From: Eledone cirrhosa
Lineage: Eukaryota
Direction: 5' to 3'
Length of the DNA stretch: 64,000 bases
Assembly (NCBI GenBank): GCA_964016885.1
Contig: OZ024758.1
Coordinates: 10,602,001 to 10,666,000 of the forward strand
In this document: one piece after another, positions 61,245-64,000 of the stretch
Position numbering within the stretch: position 1 is the first letter of the stretch
Layout of the letters: each line of letters begins with the position of its first letter
Notes under the pieces: generated by a model
The model's input: only the letters and a program-made list of their open reading frames with translations
Database searches by the model: none
Told to the model about the DNA's origin: nothing
Translations under genes and position numbers: made by a program

Positions 61245-63207
61245 CACACTCACATAAACACACACACATATATATATATAATACATATATATATATATAT
61301 ATATATATATTCATAAATGTATGTATGTATGTATATATCATACAGTATCGTTGCAAACCTCTGAAAACAACATAGGAATGTCATACATTCCTATGTAGAG
61401 CTGACTAATAAAATACAAAGCTACACCACATAACACAGATGAATATTTCAACCTCGATTGAAAAAGAAAACAAAAATTATTATTTGTATAATTTTAAGTG
61501 TTCAACGTAAACAAACATATCAGCGTTTCACAGTTTCCCTTTGATGGTAAAACACCAAACTTTCTCCTAATGACGGCAGTCAAACACAGCCGCAGGAAAG
61601 TAAACACAAAATTCCTTTAAATAGAAATTTTCAGAAACGCTAGCATTCTTTTATCTTTTATTTTAATTCATTTACTTTCATTTCTTGGCTCCTTTATAGT
61701 TGTGCATCTTCGTTATATAGTTGATGCAAACATATGGTTAATTTTGTCTCATAACACATCACCAAATAATGATTACCATGGTCTTGTATATTTTATGTAT
61801 AACTAGAACGATTTGAAGTCTTCGGCTCAGTTAAAATATATAAATTTACTTGAACTTATTCGGATCTCGCATAGGTACAACATAAATCGATATTCCTGTC
61901 CTGAATATCGATTTACTATTGTACCTATTATCATAGGTATGTTGTGCTATGTGACTACAGATTTATAACAACCTGAAAATGCTGGAGTTTCCAGGACAGA
62001 ACAAAGTCAACTATCTCGCATCCTCCCAATCAAACGAGTTTCTTGCAATAAACATATGCACAAAACCACGCAGGCACGCATTTGTGTACTGGTATGACAT
62101 AAGTGCAAGTATATAGTTACACACACCTGATATATATTTACAAATTCTTGATTTAAACAAAACAATCTTACCACTATAACCATCCTGAAATGTGTCTTAT
62201 CTTATATTCAGTCGGGACCCATCAAAGAGGAGATTATCTAATATTTTCTTTCTGTAACATCCTCTAGAGTGATTCGAGTAAGATTTGACTTCTATTTCTA
62301 GAAACTCAAAAGCCCATAGTGGATCTTAAAGAGAGAAACCGGGTTATTAGATGGCCGTTATTATTTAAAATTGATCTTGAGTCCTGGCACGGAATCTGCA
62401 CTCATCTAGAATAGAAACTGTTTTTACATCCGGAAAAAATATAATTTGGTATCCTATTGTTTCGGAACAATAAATTATCCTATCCGATATTTTGCAACTC
62501 CGCCGTTTCCACTGTCCTATTTCCGGTAATATTATTAAACATATTAAATTGTTTAGAACATTGAAAATCAAAGCCAGGCAGCTATACAAAATTAAAATGC
62601 CAAATTCTTTGGTGTTTATCAAATCGAGTCTCCGGCTTTTTGCAGTTCCCTAAACAGGAACCAAATTAAAATCCAAAGCAATAAAAAAAAAAAAATGAGA
62701 CATTTTTTTGGAAATTCCAGTCAGAATTGTCAACTACGATCAAGCCTGGTTTAAATGAAATATAATATTGATTAAAATAATTTGATTGATTATAATTACT
62801 CGGAATTTAATTAATGAAATTTATTTTATTGAGCAAAGTTAAATCTCTGAAATGTTTTCTCTCCATTTTTAATTTCGTGCTGGGATATTATATAATTGTT
62901 GGATGTGGAACAATGGTTGCGAGATTTATAATTTAGAAAATATAGCTTAATTATGGACATAAACACTTAAACAAACAGAAAAATCATGTATGTAATATTT
63001 TTTTTGTTGTCTATATTTTCAAAAAGCATTTGTGAAGTAATTTGTAATATATGAACATATTTTATTCAGGAAATAAATACAACTACATTTATAATATCAT
63101 AATCACAAACAGAAAAAAAGAAAGAAAAATGAAAATACAAAATGTGGGGCAATAATGGTGAAGTGACAAACTTTGTATCTTTGGCTGGGCGGCCTATCCC
63201 AGCTGTG

Positions 63208-63300
63208 CTACAAGGACAATATGACAAAAGTGTTGGCCCAGAGCACTGCCTGCGATACCCGCTACATCAGCCATTCAGCTTCGCACAGCACCTTCCTCAG
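63208..63300 (-). mobile_element. Decayed CRE-like C-terminal fragment
   Basis: Minus frame EAEWLM*RVSQAVLWANTFVILS aligns to ELEWLFQRISLAVFRGNAFSILS. Confidence 0.55.
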
Positions 63301-64000
63301 GGTAAAACATGGCGTTTCGGAAAATATGTATGTATGTATGTATGTTTGTGTATGGGAGGGATAACATCTAAAATACTATACATTTAATACATACTCACAT
63401 ATACACACAAACTGATAAAAGTTTATATAAGTTAAACAAGTATAAAAGGAGAAATATATTATATACAACAGAAGTATTCGCAAAACTGTTCACATAGCTT
63501 TACATTAACCCCGAGGTTTTCACATGTCAACTGATTTATAGAATTCTCACTCAGAGAGAAACAGCATAAGTAATTTTATGTTAGAGTGTCTAGGAAATAA
63601 TTTAAGAATAATAAAGATCATCTTCATGGTGAAACCACCCCGAGAAAACAACTAAAATCTGTAAGAGACTATCAAGATAGTGAATCTATAATGAAAGAAA
63701 ATATACAAATGAAACAGTTTGGTAATGAAATCCTCACAATACCGCATGTAAATTAAATTCTACGAAAACAGCGTTACTCACGTTCCTTAACAACAACAAA
63801 CGCTGGTGTTTAGGTAGCGCCCAGTAAATAAGAAGAAATCAAAAGAGATCTGATGATGGGGTGGTGATTGTGGCCAAACAATTTCTATAGCTAGTTAGAC
63901 TGCACTAACATCTCAATTGTGTATAGCCACGAAACAAATAACTTGTTCCAAAGATTCTGTATCGATATGTCGATATTAAACAACCTTTGGCTTCACTCCC

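Noticed and set aside
61355-61410. 12-bp hairpin preceded by ctgaaaa
   Set aside because: GAAA and core not conserved enough to support an HHR.

Overview
AT-rich, microsatellite-saturated animal genomic DNA, intergenic or intronic. The SINE sequences look like coleoid cephalopod (Octopus-type) repeats; this is from recognition, not a search. No host protein-coding exon is supported: nearly all listed ORFs are (AT)n/(CA)n/(GA)n translation artefacts. Contents: about 20 copies of a young tRNA-derived SINE (some with TSDs, some in tandem arrays or inverted pairs), a second older SINE family, short 3' fragments of RTE-, CR1-, CRE- and Tx1-like non-LTR retrotransposons, and hAT and Tc1/mariner MITEs. 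The most striking signal is a dense set of short inserts sitting in (AT)n tracts that carry type I hammerhead ribozyme (HHR) motifs, from at least five sequence families. Many are fold-back hairpins, and several hairpin junctions fall inside or at the edge of the ribozyme helices. This matches Penelope-like element (PLE) pseudo-LTR remnants; no PLE ORF is present. Also noted: a tRNA-headed element with a decayed HHR-like motif, a twister-like fold at a probable RTE 5' end, and (AT)n-centred inverted duplications of flanking DNA. All structures were read by eye and none was computed.
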